60,776 bases of DNA, filler included, from Hausera hauseri (GCA_046269625.1; 11 parts of 11 records of this genome joined end to end with filler, not necessarily neighbours in it), one strand, 5' to 3'. Numbered from the whole stretch's first letter, positions 24,118 to 34,698 are shown. The notes: generated by a model not told the origin, from the sequence alone. Program-made: numbers and translations.

Positions 24118-27100
24118 CTATGGTTCGAAAAGCATTACTCCATTGATAATATTTGGTGAATATCCTTGTATTAAATGTTCACTTGCGGGTTTCAGAATAA
24201 TTCCTTCTGGGATGATAACAACATTTTTACGGAGTTTTATAGTTGGAATTACTAACTGTCCAGTAGCTAAATTAAGATATCTACCTATGCATTGACGTTG
24301 TAAATCTAGTCCAATTATTACTTCTTCAATTAATTTATCAAATACCTTAAAGGTGTGTTTTAACCTTTTATTATAAATAATAATAGAAGTTGTCCAATAT
24401 CCAACTGGAAGTAGTTTATCTCCCCAACCTGATATAGTCGCTTTGTCAGACTTCCTTGGTGGTTCTACTTCTGTTTTAAATCTTTCAGGTATACTATCTA
24501 ATCGAATGATTGAGTCATCGCTCCCGGTGTCTACTAAGGCAAGTATATCCCAATCATCATGAATAGTAACTAAGGTATACGGACGTTTTGATCCCATTTT
24601 ATCCTTACTTGTTCGTAAAGCACACATGTGATTGAAGGAAGGTATTATAACATCAAGGTTTCCTTCACTGTTTGGATTGTTCACATTTCCATTATCATCT
24701 GGGTGTATTTCGGTTATAGTTACGTTTGTAGTTGGCTCTTTTAATTGCTTTCGTAATTGTTTATATTTAATATAGTCGGCTCTACTTCCTGAATATAACG
24801 CATCTACTTGTCTTTCTATCAAACTTTCAGTTTCAATTCTATTTAACGGTGGTATTGGTAGTCTCTTGTCTTTATATTCTCCAGCATACATCATTTTCGC
24901 CTGATGAGAGGTAAATGAAACGTTATGATATTCGACAGGATTATGAGCTCGCTGAGGGACTAACTGATAATCATTTGCTGCTATATTTTTCATAAACTTC
25001 ATTATTACGCTTCTATGCGTTGTTCGTACTTTAGGATTTTTTTTAACCTTTTTTTGTCGTTTCTTGCCAATTGTTACTTTTGTACTACCGTCAATATTAT
25101 CATCGTCATTCCCCTCACGATCACGCATACATTGCGCCATAAATGCATGTTGTACGCACTTCGCTAGCGGAGGACAAAGTGCTGTTAATAGTTTTTTTGA
25201 ACAGCCAAATAATTGAAAATTAATAAATCCGCTAGTAATTTGAGAGATGATGGTCCTCAAAATTTGAACTATAAAGTAGACAGCTAAGAATCCTGATGAT
25301 ACTTGGCCAAATGTCATTAGACCTCCCCACAACTTTTTAAATATCGTTTTTGCCGCTTTTGTAAAATGGTCCGGACTCAAAATGTTTTCCAAATTCGTTC
25401 TCCCATCTACTGTGTCCGTTATTTTTTGAGTGTATGACACCACTAATCTCTGGATTTGTTTTGGAAACAGTAAGTAACGTCGTAATTTTTCCATGCTAAC
25501 AGCGTCATATAGACCTCCTTGAAAAAAATTGACATTGTTATCGAAAATTAATTTCTTTTTAAACGCCAACATTATCAGTTTTTCAGGAGTTATCACTTTT
25601 GTACGAGATGGCAACGTTACCCAATGATCATGACCTATCTTAAATAATGGTGCAATATTTCTAATACATTCCTTTAGAATAGTTGGCTCTTCTGATGTTA
25701 ATAGCATCACCCTGGTTATTGGTGCAACATACCTCAATTTTCCAATATACTGTACTGCAATTTCGTTGGTACACGCTGTTGTATCCATTACCGGTACCTC
25801 CACTTCCCGACATTTAAATGTTAGTAGCCCTTCGCCTGTAGTTCTTGCAAATATCCCTTTTCCTTTAATTGGTAATATTGGTGTATCTATTGATGGATTA
25901 TGTGCTGCAACGGTAACTCTTAGGGCCAGAAGATCCTGCGAAATTAAACAATCATTTTGAATCATTTCTTTATATAACTGGTATTGATTATGAATCATAT
26001 AATGAAACAGGTAATCCATCTTTCCGTTGTAATATATAATGGGCTTTACTTCGGTAGGATGAATTTGTCTATTAGCTTTGTCTATTTCTTTTTCTGTGAT
26101 ATATATATCCTCTATATTCGTAGCATATACCTCCGTTTTACATTTATTTACTAGCTTCTTTCGTATTAATCGTATTGCATCTTGAGCTGTAGACATAAGA
26201 ACTGCTGGGGTTTCAATTTCTGCTAGCTTTTGTATCTCATCGTTTTGTCGCTCTTCGTGATCCCTTACTGGTTTTCCAAATCTTATTCCTTTCGTAATGT
26301 TAAATTTTACTTCCTTGAGGAAGGCCAAATTACACGTCGTAACACTGATTTCCCACGTAATTACTGAGTCAGTCGTATAACAGTACCCTCTACCATATGA
26401 ACAATCAGGCTTTACCATCAAATTTAGAGTATCCGCTTCGAAGGTTATCTCTTTATCCATTACTGTCCACGTATACAAATTTTGAACAACTAATCGGGAT
26501 ACTCCGTCTACCGTTTCACCTGTACATCCACCATCGGAATCCAACACACCCACCTCATTGATTGTTAAATATTTAATTCCATTTACAATAGTCTGAATTT
26601 CTACCTTGGAATTAATCCTTAATTTCCCAGTTTTTATTGCTTCCTTACAATCATCAGGTAAGACGCGTTGTGGTTCATCTGGTGAAGCCATTAATACATT
26701 AGTCGAATGATAATGCATTTTTCCACAATGCCACTTTTTGGTTTGCTTCGTGAGTCTACATTCGAACGCCTTTTTGCGGAAGAATTTATTTTCCTGATAT
26801 ATATAATATGTTGTTTCCGGTTCCGCAATTAACTTGTCTGGCTCTGCATCCGGACATTTCTCTAAGTCAACAAGTGAATATGTAGCACCGACTTCAGGAT
26901 TGTCACAATCAAATGCTTGAATGCTTTGTCCTTGAGGGATTTTCATAAAAAGGAATATTATAAGTAGGAGGCCCAACATTCCACTAATATCTACTTTTGA
27001 CGGTAATTTAAACATTCCTTCTAGATATCGAGTAGTTTCTAATGTTTTCCTTATTAGACTTTCACTAGTCTTTCGTTCTGTCTTCGATCTCCTCTGGTGG

Positions 27101-27144
27101 CCTAATTGTGTGTTGGAAATCAAATAATCTATCCCATCCTCCAA
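24118..27144 (-). CDS. Envelope glycoprotein-protease fusion ORF (signal 26923-26979; G to ~25140; cytoplasmic linker; protease ~24255-24590; dUTPase-like spacer continuing past the TAG to ~23975)
   Basis: MLGLLLIIFLF..SIQAFDCD..YSLVDLEKC, ECRLTKQTKKWHCGKMH, YVAPITRV, GGLYD..MEKLRRYLLFP, LWGGLMTFGQVSSGFLAVYFIVQILRTIISQITSG..LFGCS..LLTAL (chuvirus-G-like pattern); uninterrupted to ALVDTGSDDSII...VIIGLDL. Confidence 0.88.
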   Translation of the reverse strand: MEDGIDYLISNTQLGHQRRSKTERKTSESLIRKTLETTRYLEGMFKLPSKVDISGMLGLLLIIFLFMKIPQGQSIQAFDCDNPEVGATYSLVDLEKCPDAEPDKLIAEPETTYYIYQENKFFRKKAFECRLTKQTKKWHCGKMHYHSTNVLMASPDEPQRVLPDDCKEAIKTGKLRINSKVEIQTIVNGIKYLTINEVGVLDSDGGCTGETVDGVSRLVVQNLYTWTVMDKEITFEADTLNLMVKPDCSYGRGYCYTTDSVITWEISVTTCNLAFLKEVKFNITKGIRFGKPVRDHEERQNDEIQKLAEIETPAVLMSTAQDAIRLIRKKLVNKCKTEVYATNIEDIYITEKEIDKANRQIHPTEVKPIIYYNGKMDYLFHYMIHNQYQLYKEMIQNDCLISQDLLALRVTVAAHNPSIDTPILPIKGKGIFARTTGEGLLTFKCREVEVPVMDTTACTNEIAVQYIGKLRYVAPITRVMLLTSEEPTILKECIRNIAPLFKIGHDHWVTLPSRTKVITPEKLIMLAFKKKLIFDNNVNFFQGGLYDAVSMEKLRRYLLFPKQIQRLVVSYTQKITDTVDGRTNLENILSPDHFTKAAKTIFKKLWGGLMTFGQVSSGFLAVYFIVQILRTIISQITSGFINFQLFGCSKKLLTALCPPLAKCVQHAFMAQCMRDREGNDDDNIDGSTKVTIGKKRQKKVKKNPKVRTTHRSVIMKFMKNIAANDYQLVPQRAHNPVEYHNVSFTSHQAKMMYAGEYKDKRLPIPPLNRIETESLIERQVDALYSGSRADYIKYKQLRKQLKEPTTNVTITEIHPDDNGNVNNPNSEGNLDVIIPSFNHMCALRTSKDKMGSKRPYTLVTIHDDWDILALVDTGSDDSIIRLDSIPERFKTEVEPPRKSDKATISGWGDKLLPVGYWTTSIIIYNKRLKHTFKVFDKLIEEVIIGLDLQRQCIGRYLNLATGQLVIPTIKLRKNVVIIPEGIILKPASEHLIQGYSPNIINGVMLFEP

Positions 27145-28987
27145 TTCTTTTTATGTCTACGGATAAATAATTCTTTGTAATCTCGGCAGCAACATCGAGC
27201 CCCATCTCAATTTCTTCTCTATTTTGAGCGGAATTTTTTACTCTCATTAAAAGAAATACCAAAATTGTGATCACTCTATCTTTCGTGAATTCCCCAGTTT
27301 TTATCCACCTTTGAATGACGTCTCCATCATCTATGGAATCTATTTTATTTGGTAATTGTTCATTCAGAACAACTTGTTTCAATCGTTGCAAAGCCCGTCG
27401 TAACTGTTCTTCAATATCTAAATCACACGGTTTCTCACATAATTGAATTGCTTCCTCTTCAAACAACACATTATAAATCTTCCATAATATGGACCTAATT
27501 TGTCGGATCTCTGGATCCATAATCTTAATTTCGCTTTTGCGTAACCCTCTGGTTAAGGTATCCACCTTAACCTGTTGTAATAAATTTTTCGGCGGTCTCC
27601 CTGGTGGTTTTTTATCAGTTTGTGTTTGATGGTGCTCAGTTTCTAAATCAGTCAAGTCTTGTACTTCCGAAAATACTTGCAGTGGTTCTGGGGTGATTAA
27701 TTCTTCAGACTGATGTTCCGGTCCATTCCTCACCTTCAATGGTCTCACTACTTCAGTCAAGGCCAAAACACTTTTAATTTGTTTTTCTAGCTCTTTTTCA
27801 TTGTCTTTGTTAGTTTTCCTATGTTCATCTATATGTATAATGACAATTTCATCCGCGTCCATTTCTGGTACGATACCCAATTCTGACCATGTAATACTTG
27901 CATCATCTGTCTTTCTACCCATAAATTCCACAGTTATAGTCCCAGTATTTTCATTCCCATAATATTTTCTATAGTAACTCTCGACTGTTTGGAGTGTCTG
28001 CCAAATCGTATCCAATGGATTTATCATAATTTCCAAATCATCACTTTTTGATCCAATTCGCATTTGAAATTTGACTAAAATTTCTTTTTGACAATTAAAA
28101 GTTTTAAACTTATCCTTATGTGAAAACATTTGTAGTATTAATCTCGCCATGTCCCTTCTCGGACAATTATCCGCAGCCTGCTGTACTAAAAATGGTCTAA
28201 TTTGCAAAAATCTTGCCCTTTCATCAGTAACCCATTCACGTATTTTGTATAATTGGTTTAAGCCGGCCGTCATTATTCCATCATCTTTCTCGTTTCCTTT
28301 AATAATTTCTACCAATGTTTTAAAGGCATTTTCCTGCCATGCTATATCCAATTCATAGTTGATTTCGCGACTTCCTTCCAACGATATCGATGGAGTGTCT
28401 ACATCTTCTTCTAATACTAATATACTTATGTCATTCTCTTGAACTTTCACGTCATTTCTTTTAACTACCTTTTGAATTAGGTGTTCCTCTAATTTATTCT
28501 TTAAGGATACAGCCTGATTATCTTGAATATTCTTCAGCCTTTGAAATTGATTCTTAACATCATCCCGTTCAAGCGTTAACCGTTTTATTTCTAGAAGCAA
28601 CTGGTCATTCGACATGTACAATTCCTGGGAACTATTTAAATCTAAAGGTACATCTAAATACTCCTTTATTTCTGTATCATTTATTTCCGGAACATTCAGC
28701 ATTTGTCGATGATTCATGATTTCGTCTTCGACAAATACCAAATTGTTACTATATATCTCTGAATCAGACTGCATAATAGATAAATTACTGGTTCCAGTTA
28801 TCAGCGGGCACACCTTCGCCAAATGTCCTGATTGACCACAATTAAAGCAATTTTTATGTTTCTGCAATACTGGTTGCTGTACTAACGATTGGGTTGTCAT
28901 TAATTGCTGCACTGGCATTTGCAATGGACATCTTTTAGATGTGGCCCCACTGACCACAAGTATTACATTGTTTCGGTGTTTGAACAT
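27065..28987 (-). CDS. Gag C-terminal extension: CCHC knuckle, coiled coil, Ubl (27827-28084), AT-hook-like (27584-27613), Bcl-2-like (27116-27520)
   Basis: CFNCGQSGHLAKVC; ILVKFQMR..LEIMINPLDTIWQ..ITVEFMGRKTDD..TWSELGIVP..IVIIHI; KKPPGRPPK; GEFTKDRVITILVF (BH1-like) and YLSVDIKRIGGWDRLFDF (BH2-like). Confidence 0.75.
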   Translation of the reverse strand: MFKHRNNVILVVSGATSKRCPLQMPVQQLMTTQSLVQQPVLQKHKNCFNCGQSGHLAKVCPLITGTSNLSIMQSDSEIYSNNLVFVEDEIMNHRQMLNVPEINDTEIKEYLDVPLDLNSSQELYMSNDQLLLEIKRLTLERDDVKNQFQRLKNIQDNQAVSLKNKLEEHLIQKVVKRNDVKVQENDISILVLEEDVDTPSISLEGSREINYELDIAWQENAFKTLVEIIKGNEKDDGIMTAGLNQLYKIREWVTDERARFLQIRPFLVQQAADNCPRRDMARLILQMFSHKDKFKTFNCQKEILVKFQMRIGSKSDDLEIMINPLDTIWQTLQTVESYYRKYYGNENTGTITVEFMGRKTDDASITWSELGIVPEMDADEIVIIHIDEHRKTNKDNEKELEKQIKSVLALTEVVRPLKVRNGPEHQSEELITPEPLQVFSEVQDLTDLETEHHQTQTDKKPPGRPPKNLLQQVKVDTLTRGLRKSEIKIMDPEIRQIRSILWKIYNVLFEEEAIQLCEKPCDLDIEEQLRRALQRLKQVVLNEQLPNKIDSIDDGDVIQRWIKTGEFTKDRVITILVFLLMRVKNSAQNREEIEMGLDVAAEITKNYLSVDIKRIGGWDRLFDFQHTIRPPEEIEDRTKD

Positions 28988-30146
28988 ATGGTAGAGTTAC
29001 AACTGGAGCTTGTATAAGCAACGGGCGTGATTTAGCGATGTGACCAAACTGTTTGCAGTTATAAAATTGAATTTGACATTTAATATTAACATTTTCACGC
29101 TCCATAACTGCCACAATATTAGATGAACCTTGTGCGTTCAACGATCGTAACGGGTATTGATGTGTCGGTCTTACATTACTAATCGGTTGTGTCATCTTCA
29201 TTCTATTAGGAGCTGCGCCCGTAGCCATCGCATTAGTTAATGGTGGACCATTTGGTCTCATCATAGGGAAAACCACTGATGGATTAGACTGTGGAACCTG
29301 TTGTTGAGGTGTCCTAAATTCAGGTCTCGTTGTCCATTGTGGCTGGGCATAAACCCATTGTTGTTGTTGCCTTTGAACTCAAGGTCTTTGAACCCCAAAT
29401 TGTCCTGATCGTATTGGTTGGTTGATCCTACGATTTCCACAATATTGATTGGATCTTACATTCATAATTGGTGCACGCAATATTACAGATGTATTGGCGT
29501 TATCTACAGGTTTTATCACAGCATTTCCCGGGATAGTCTTCTGAATTATTTGATTCATTTTAGCATCTACATTCTTCTATGCAATAGCCCGTTTCACCAA
29601 GTCCCCAAAGGTAAAAGCTTCACTTTCAATAAGACGACTTTGAACCTTCGGGTTCCTTAATCCCGTTATGAAACAATCTACTAAGATGGGTTCCGTCTCA
29701 AACACTTTTCTTTCTCTTGAAGATTCGTTTTTAATTCTATCTTCCGTTTCTAGTGCCAGTTTGTAACGCTTCACTAATGCTTGTAAAGCTAATGCAAACA
29801 TATTAACCGATTCACCTACTTGCTGAGTCCGTGATCTTAAATTTCGTAGACGTGCGTTAGCTGACGAATCCGGATCAATATACTTTTTTAATTTTTCAAT
29901 AACTTCCTTCAATGTAAAATCTTCCTTATCTTCAATCTGAAGATATGCCTGCAACGCGACTCCTAAGTACGTGACTAGTTTCCCAATTTTCTCATTATCC
30001 TTCCATTCCAGGCCATATGCCTGAGCATCTTACATGAGAATAAAATCGTCGAATCTAGTGGGATCACCAGCATAACGTTGCAAATTTAATCCAGCATACA
30101 ATTGAGTCGTATTCTTCTTAAAATCCGTTTCTGAATCTTTACTCAA
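28935..30146 (-). pseudogene. gag: Retrotransposon Gag (capsid, Q/P-rich linker, two degraded CCHC knuckles)
   Basis: LQRYAGDPTRFDDF..AYGLEWKDNEKIGKLVTYL..RTQQVGESVNMFALAL..FITGLRNPKVQSRL; FYNCKQFGHIAKS and CNTCGQWGHI/SKRC. One frame with premature stops. Confidence 0.85.
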
Positions 30147-30316
30147 ATCTTTCCTTAACCAAGAATCAAACAAATATATAATTTTAAAATCCGTCCTGAC
30201 CAATAAACCCTTCTTCGTAAATCAAATACTTTCAAAATCAAGTAGACAAATTCAAATTACAACAATCTTGGAGAAATAATGGAATCTATTTATTTTAAAA
30301 TATTTCAAACAATACT

Positions 30317-30412
30317 CAATAGACAAGTAAACTTCAACAAAACCGTTCACTTATAGTTACTTCAAATAACGTTCAATAGACAAGTAAACTTTTGATAAAA
30401 CTGTTCACTTAA
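30317..30412. repeat. Two-copy ~57-bp direct repeat in the 5' leader of copy B
   Basis: CAATAGACAAGTAAACTT..AAAAC.GTTCACTTA at 30317 and 30374. Confidence 0.8.
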
Positions 30413-33400
30413 TATTANNNNNNNNNNNNNNNNNNNNNNNNNNNNNNNNNNNNNNNNNNNNTTAATTAATTAANNNNNNNNNNNNNNNNNNNNNNNNNNN
30501 NNNNNNNNNNNNNNNNNAATTCATTCACTTTCGTGTCTTAAATGAATAAAAATGTCTTCAGATTATTATGCTCATTTATGAATTTTGAGAATATGGTTGT
30601 TTTGTATATATGGCTGACAACACGAACAACAAATTCAATGACACAACTTGATAAGTTATTATTTGTCTCATAGCTGCAACATGAAAATTTTAACTGAAGT
30701 AAGTTGTAGCGCTGCAGTATAAGACACGACCACGGTTTCCGGCAAAAATGGCCACCGATAAATACCCCTTAAACCGATGTGGGCTTTTGAGTGTGGTCGC
30801 CGCTCTCCGGTCCTTGCTCGTTGGCGATCAAAGTGGTCAATCATCAAACTCAAAGTTTCAAGAGAACAACGCATCAAAAAGTGATATTTAAATTTGCAAT
30901 ACTTTTCATTTTTTTATTCAAAGCATCAAACCCACGTCAATACAAAAATTTCGATAAGAAATCGCTTTCACGTTACGGAAGACAAAAACGCATTATTTGA
31001 GTTTAGCTTCCAAAAACATTTTTGCACCAAATCCTTTCCGTTAATCATAATTCCCGATCAGATCAACTAAAAATTTTTATCAGAATATGTCGATCCGAAT
31101 TCGTTAAGTATATCAGAAAACATCACGGATTTTCATACAAACATAAGTTCAAAGAAAGAACTCGTAAAATCGTCTGAAAATTCATAAAATAAACTATATT
31201 TTTGCTCAGATTCGTATATTTATTACTCCTCAGAAATTCAAATTCTCATTTCTTCTCCTCAAATCAGTAAAAATCATTCATTTAATCGAGGGTCTGATCA
31301 TCAACGAAAGTTAATAATAAAAGTCTTTAAACAAATTGTAAATATAATTTTTCCATTAGTTTATCGGTAGAGTAAAATTGCTTTTTGTGATTTGAGTTAA
31401 AGTAATACGAATAAGTTTTGTTGGTGTTTCGAAATACCCCTTGTACAACAATGCATCCATATCATTTAACAAAGGAACCTTTTTTATTTAATAAGTCCAA
31501 ATCGAATGAATCCTGGTAAATATCGAGCATAATATATCCAACAAATTTGTTTAATGCGTTAAAAGCTTTGAAATCCAGAAAAGTTTCATTTAAATTAAAA
31601 AAACTATTTACAGATGTCTACAACTATTAAAACAAAAGTTATTGAGCTTTCTTCCAATCTGTTCTTTTATTGAATTTCAAAATTATATAGCATTATGCTA
31701 TAATATATATACACACAGATGACTAGTGCTGAACTTAATTAATAAGGCCATTATACTGTAGAGCAGTACGATAAAAAATAAAAGATAAAGTTACAAAATA
31801 TCATCATTTATATTTTGCTAATATATGTGGAGTGTACCATATTGTAAAACAATAAAATAGTGAAATATCTTCGTTTTCCAATTGCTGAAATGCACCAAAT
31901 TGAAAACCAGATCTACCGCATTATCCACAAAGAATCTTAATGAAATCTGTTACTGTAAAGAGATCGATGTACGCCTGTAGTATGCTGTTCCAAGTGAATG
32001 CCACACAGATTCCATTATAAATCAATGCATAAAATGCCCTTTTAACATTTTCGAATTATCAAACACAACTAATTTATTGTTGTCCGCTACCAAATCGTAA
32101 CAAGAATGATTTTCGAAGAGAATTTGAATGCCTTATTTCTGTCAGAAAATCCATGAACTGTTACGGTACTTTGCGGCCGATTTCGGTTGGCTAGTCAATT
32201 TTCTTTGACAATTACAAATTTGTCTTTGTCGCTCGAATGTGGAGAATTTCGCATTTCCTTCTTCATTTCACAATAAGATTCCAAAAATAAATTTCCAAAC
32301 ACAAACAGTAATTTAAAACTATTTGAAACTGTTTGGAAATACTTCGTGACACAAATGTAACATGAGGTACAAATGTGTATACGACTATAGCCGGTTAAAA
32401 TGTATTGCGTATTCTTTATTGTTCTACTGTCGTCGATTATCTAAAATAGCGTTTACCATCTAATATAGTTTTGTTACTAACTCCCAATGTAGGCATTTCA
32501 GATTGATGCAGTTTTGTTAAACAATCCTCGAATGATGCAGCAGAGGAATCGTTTATGGGATATTTATTGGGAACGTTTGTAATTTCTGGGTTGATTGGTA
32601 GTTTAACCTGTGAGATCGGTGGAAACTCGACTATCAGAACTATAATGGGCGGTTGTTTTGATTGGGAACTCCACAAACGACCGCATCCTCAAACGAGAGA
32701 AATCGGATCAGACCTGCAAAACGATCGAAGCGAGGTCGTCGTCCCTGACTGTGCCCGGCTAGAATGGGCCAAAGGGGGACAACGCGATCTGGCACCACAC
32801 GGACAGTCTAAATAATGAGGATGCCAGAAATATTCTACGAATAACCTCACTGAAAAAATCTTATCCAAATCTGACAATTGTCGTCCAACCGCTGCAATAT
32901 GATAAAAAGTACAACATTCTAAACATTTGCAGTTGAAATAAATAAAATGGAAATGGCATAATCTGCTAGTGAAATAAATTTGGGCTTTTGTCCAAGAGTT
33001 GTTTAGTTCCAGGCCATACGACGTTCATATCAAATTTGTTCTCTCTGAGATACAAAAAGAAATGTCAATTATATCGAAATACAAAATGCCTATAGATGAA
33101 TGCATATCTAGATGGACTAAAAATGCAATTGTATCGAGTAAAAGTCTCATCGAGTTTATACAGAATGACATTTCAGGAACTGAATGTATTTTGCTACTGG
33201 AGTAGGTAGAAGGGAGATCACTGCTTCAGTCACCCCTCCAAGGGAAGCAGAAATGAAGTGGTTCGCGGATGAGTCATGGGGTAAAAAACGATACAAACAC
33301 GGTTAATAAGGCATAGATAGGAGGCACACAGTCATTAAAGTGATACACACAATCACGCGTACTGTATGGATTCGGAGTGGTTAAAAAATTTGAATTTCGC

Positions 33401-33571
33401 GAGCAAAAATTTATTTGTTTTAATTTCGGTTTTGGCGCAGTGTGATTGGTCGGTTTGTTTAAATTTTGGCAGCGAACAAAGCATTTTCTGCTGCACATTG
33501 AGTTTCACTATTCCACCCTACTTTATTTTAATTTTTTTTAAATACCGCTGTGTAAGTGTCACTTATGAAAA

Positions 33572-33844
33572 ATGTCTCAGCCATATATCTTGGCATCATT
33601 TAAATTGAATGCTCTTTCTGCTGTAGAATATTTTAATACTGTGGAAAAGTTGTGCGTACAATTGAAAAACATACAAAATAGAAGAATGGAGTCAAAGTTT
33701 GTATGTGTAGTATGTAAAGAAAATAAGGTAGATACGGTATTCCTAATGTGTGGCCATCTGGTATTATGTCAGATATGTTCAAAGTTAAGTCATTGTCCTG
33801 AGTGTAAATGCGCTATAACTGGAAGTGTACATATTTACTATTAA
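33572..33844 (+). CDS. Small protein with C-terminal IAP-type (C3HC4) RING finger
   Basis: CVVCKENKVDTVFLMCGHLVLCQICSKLSHCPECKCAITGSVHIYY*; AATAAA overlaps the stop. Confidence 0.85.
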   Translation: MSQPYILASFKLNALSAVEYFNTVEKLCVQLKNIQNRRMESKFVCVVCKENKVDTVFLMCGHLVLCQICSKLSHCPECKCAITGSVHIYY

Positions 33845-33896
33845 TAAAAAGACAGGAAAAACTTTTATTGTTATAACAAACTATTTACATTCAAAT

Positions 33897-34698
33897 TGAA
33901 TAATGTCTATATGCGACACTTACTTTTTCTGGATCCACATATTTCATCATCAAACGGATCCAATGCTTTCTTTTCTGATCCCATTGTCATAAGCTGATGA
34001 TTTGTGGTCCAATTCGCTCCTGGTCCACCATAGTCGCACAACCGGTTTCGTATGCTTGTAAGTAGCTGTTGAACTGTAAATCAGTCTGTTTCAGATTAAT
34101 ACACTTGCATTTGAGGACTGATTTGCTTTGGATTTTCAATGCGTAGGATTTCGGCCGTAGGAAAATACCCTCTTAATACTCGACATACCCCTTACTCTCA
34201 ACCTTAAATTTGCCTATTATCGCTGCGAAACGAGTTTAGTACAGTGGATCACTCTTATCATAGTTTGACGTATTTAACTGCTCGTTTGCTATCATTGCCT
34301 ATAAGAATTGTGATTTTAAGTCAACACCATGGCATTCAAGGACTAAACTGTCTGTGTCACCAGCAATAATATTAAATTCACAATTAAACTGTTGCTTATA
34401 CGTCTCAAACTCGATATAATTCAGCTCATACACCCGTAACTTGGATAGATCAAGTACGGCCTGACCGATGTATGAGAGTCTGTCTAAAGTAACTATGTCC
34501 TTATCGAGGAGTACGGCAACAAAGTCATCGGCTATAATAATACTTTCCTTAAACTGTGCCTTACTTGCGTATGTAACAAGTTTTCTTGCCTTATTGCACA
34601 GTCTTAAATTTGACCTTTTCAATAAATTCTCAACAGTCTTACCATGTAGACTATTATTCTTTAACTTAAAAAAGTCCTTCTCAAAAGAATTATTTGCT
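33897..34698 (-). pseudogene. Polinton/adintovirus-type pPolB, C-terminal fragment
   Basis: FEKDFFKLKNNSLHGKTVEN, YIGQAVLDLSKLRVY, AGDTDSL, IGKFKVE, FLRPKSYA, KKALDPFDD; several stops. Confidence 0.9.

Larger units (their letters stand above)
23890..30417 (-). mobile_element. Ty3/Gypsy-type retroelement, copy B: gag - Ubl - AT-hook - Bcl-2-like - class III glycoprotein - protease (RT missing)
   Basis: Gag capsid, three CCHC knuckles, 640-aa and 1008-aa ORFs, protease LVDTGSDDSII; homologous to copy A. Confidence 0.92.

Noticed and set aside
24118-27144. Stand-alone endogenous chuvirus insertion
   Set aside because: No nucleoprotein or L fragments; G is in frame with protease and at the same position in two divergent copies.
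30518-33200. Possible host exons (e.g. 32555-32815, 32999-33205)
   Set aside because: No recognisable motif or reliable exon structure by eye.
15691-34698. The two pPolB fragments as one Polinton spanning the window
   Set aside because: Different contigs, and their order is inconsistent with a single minus-strand gene.
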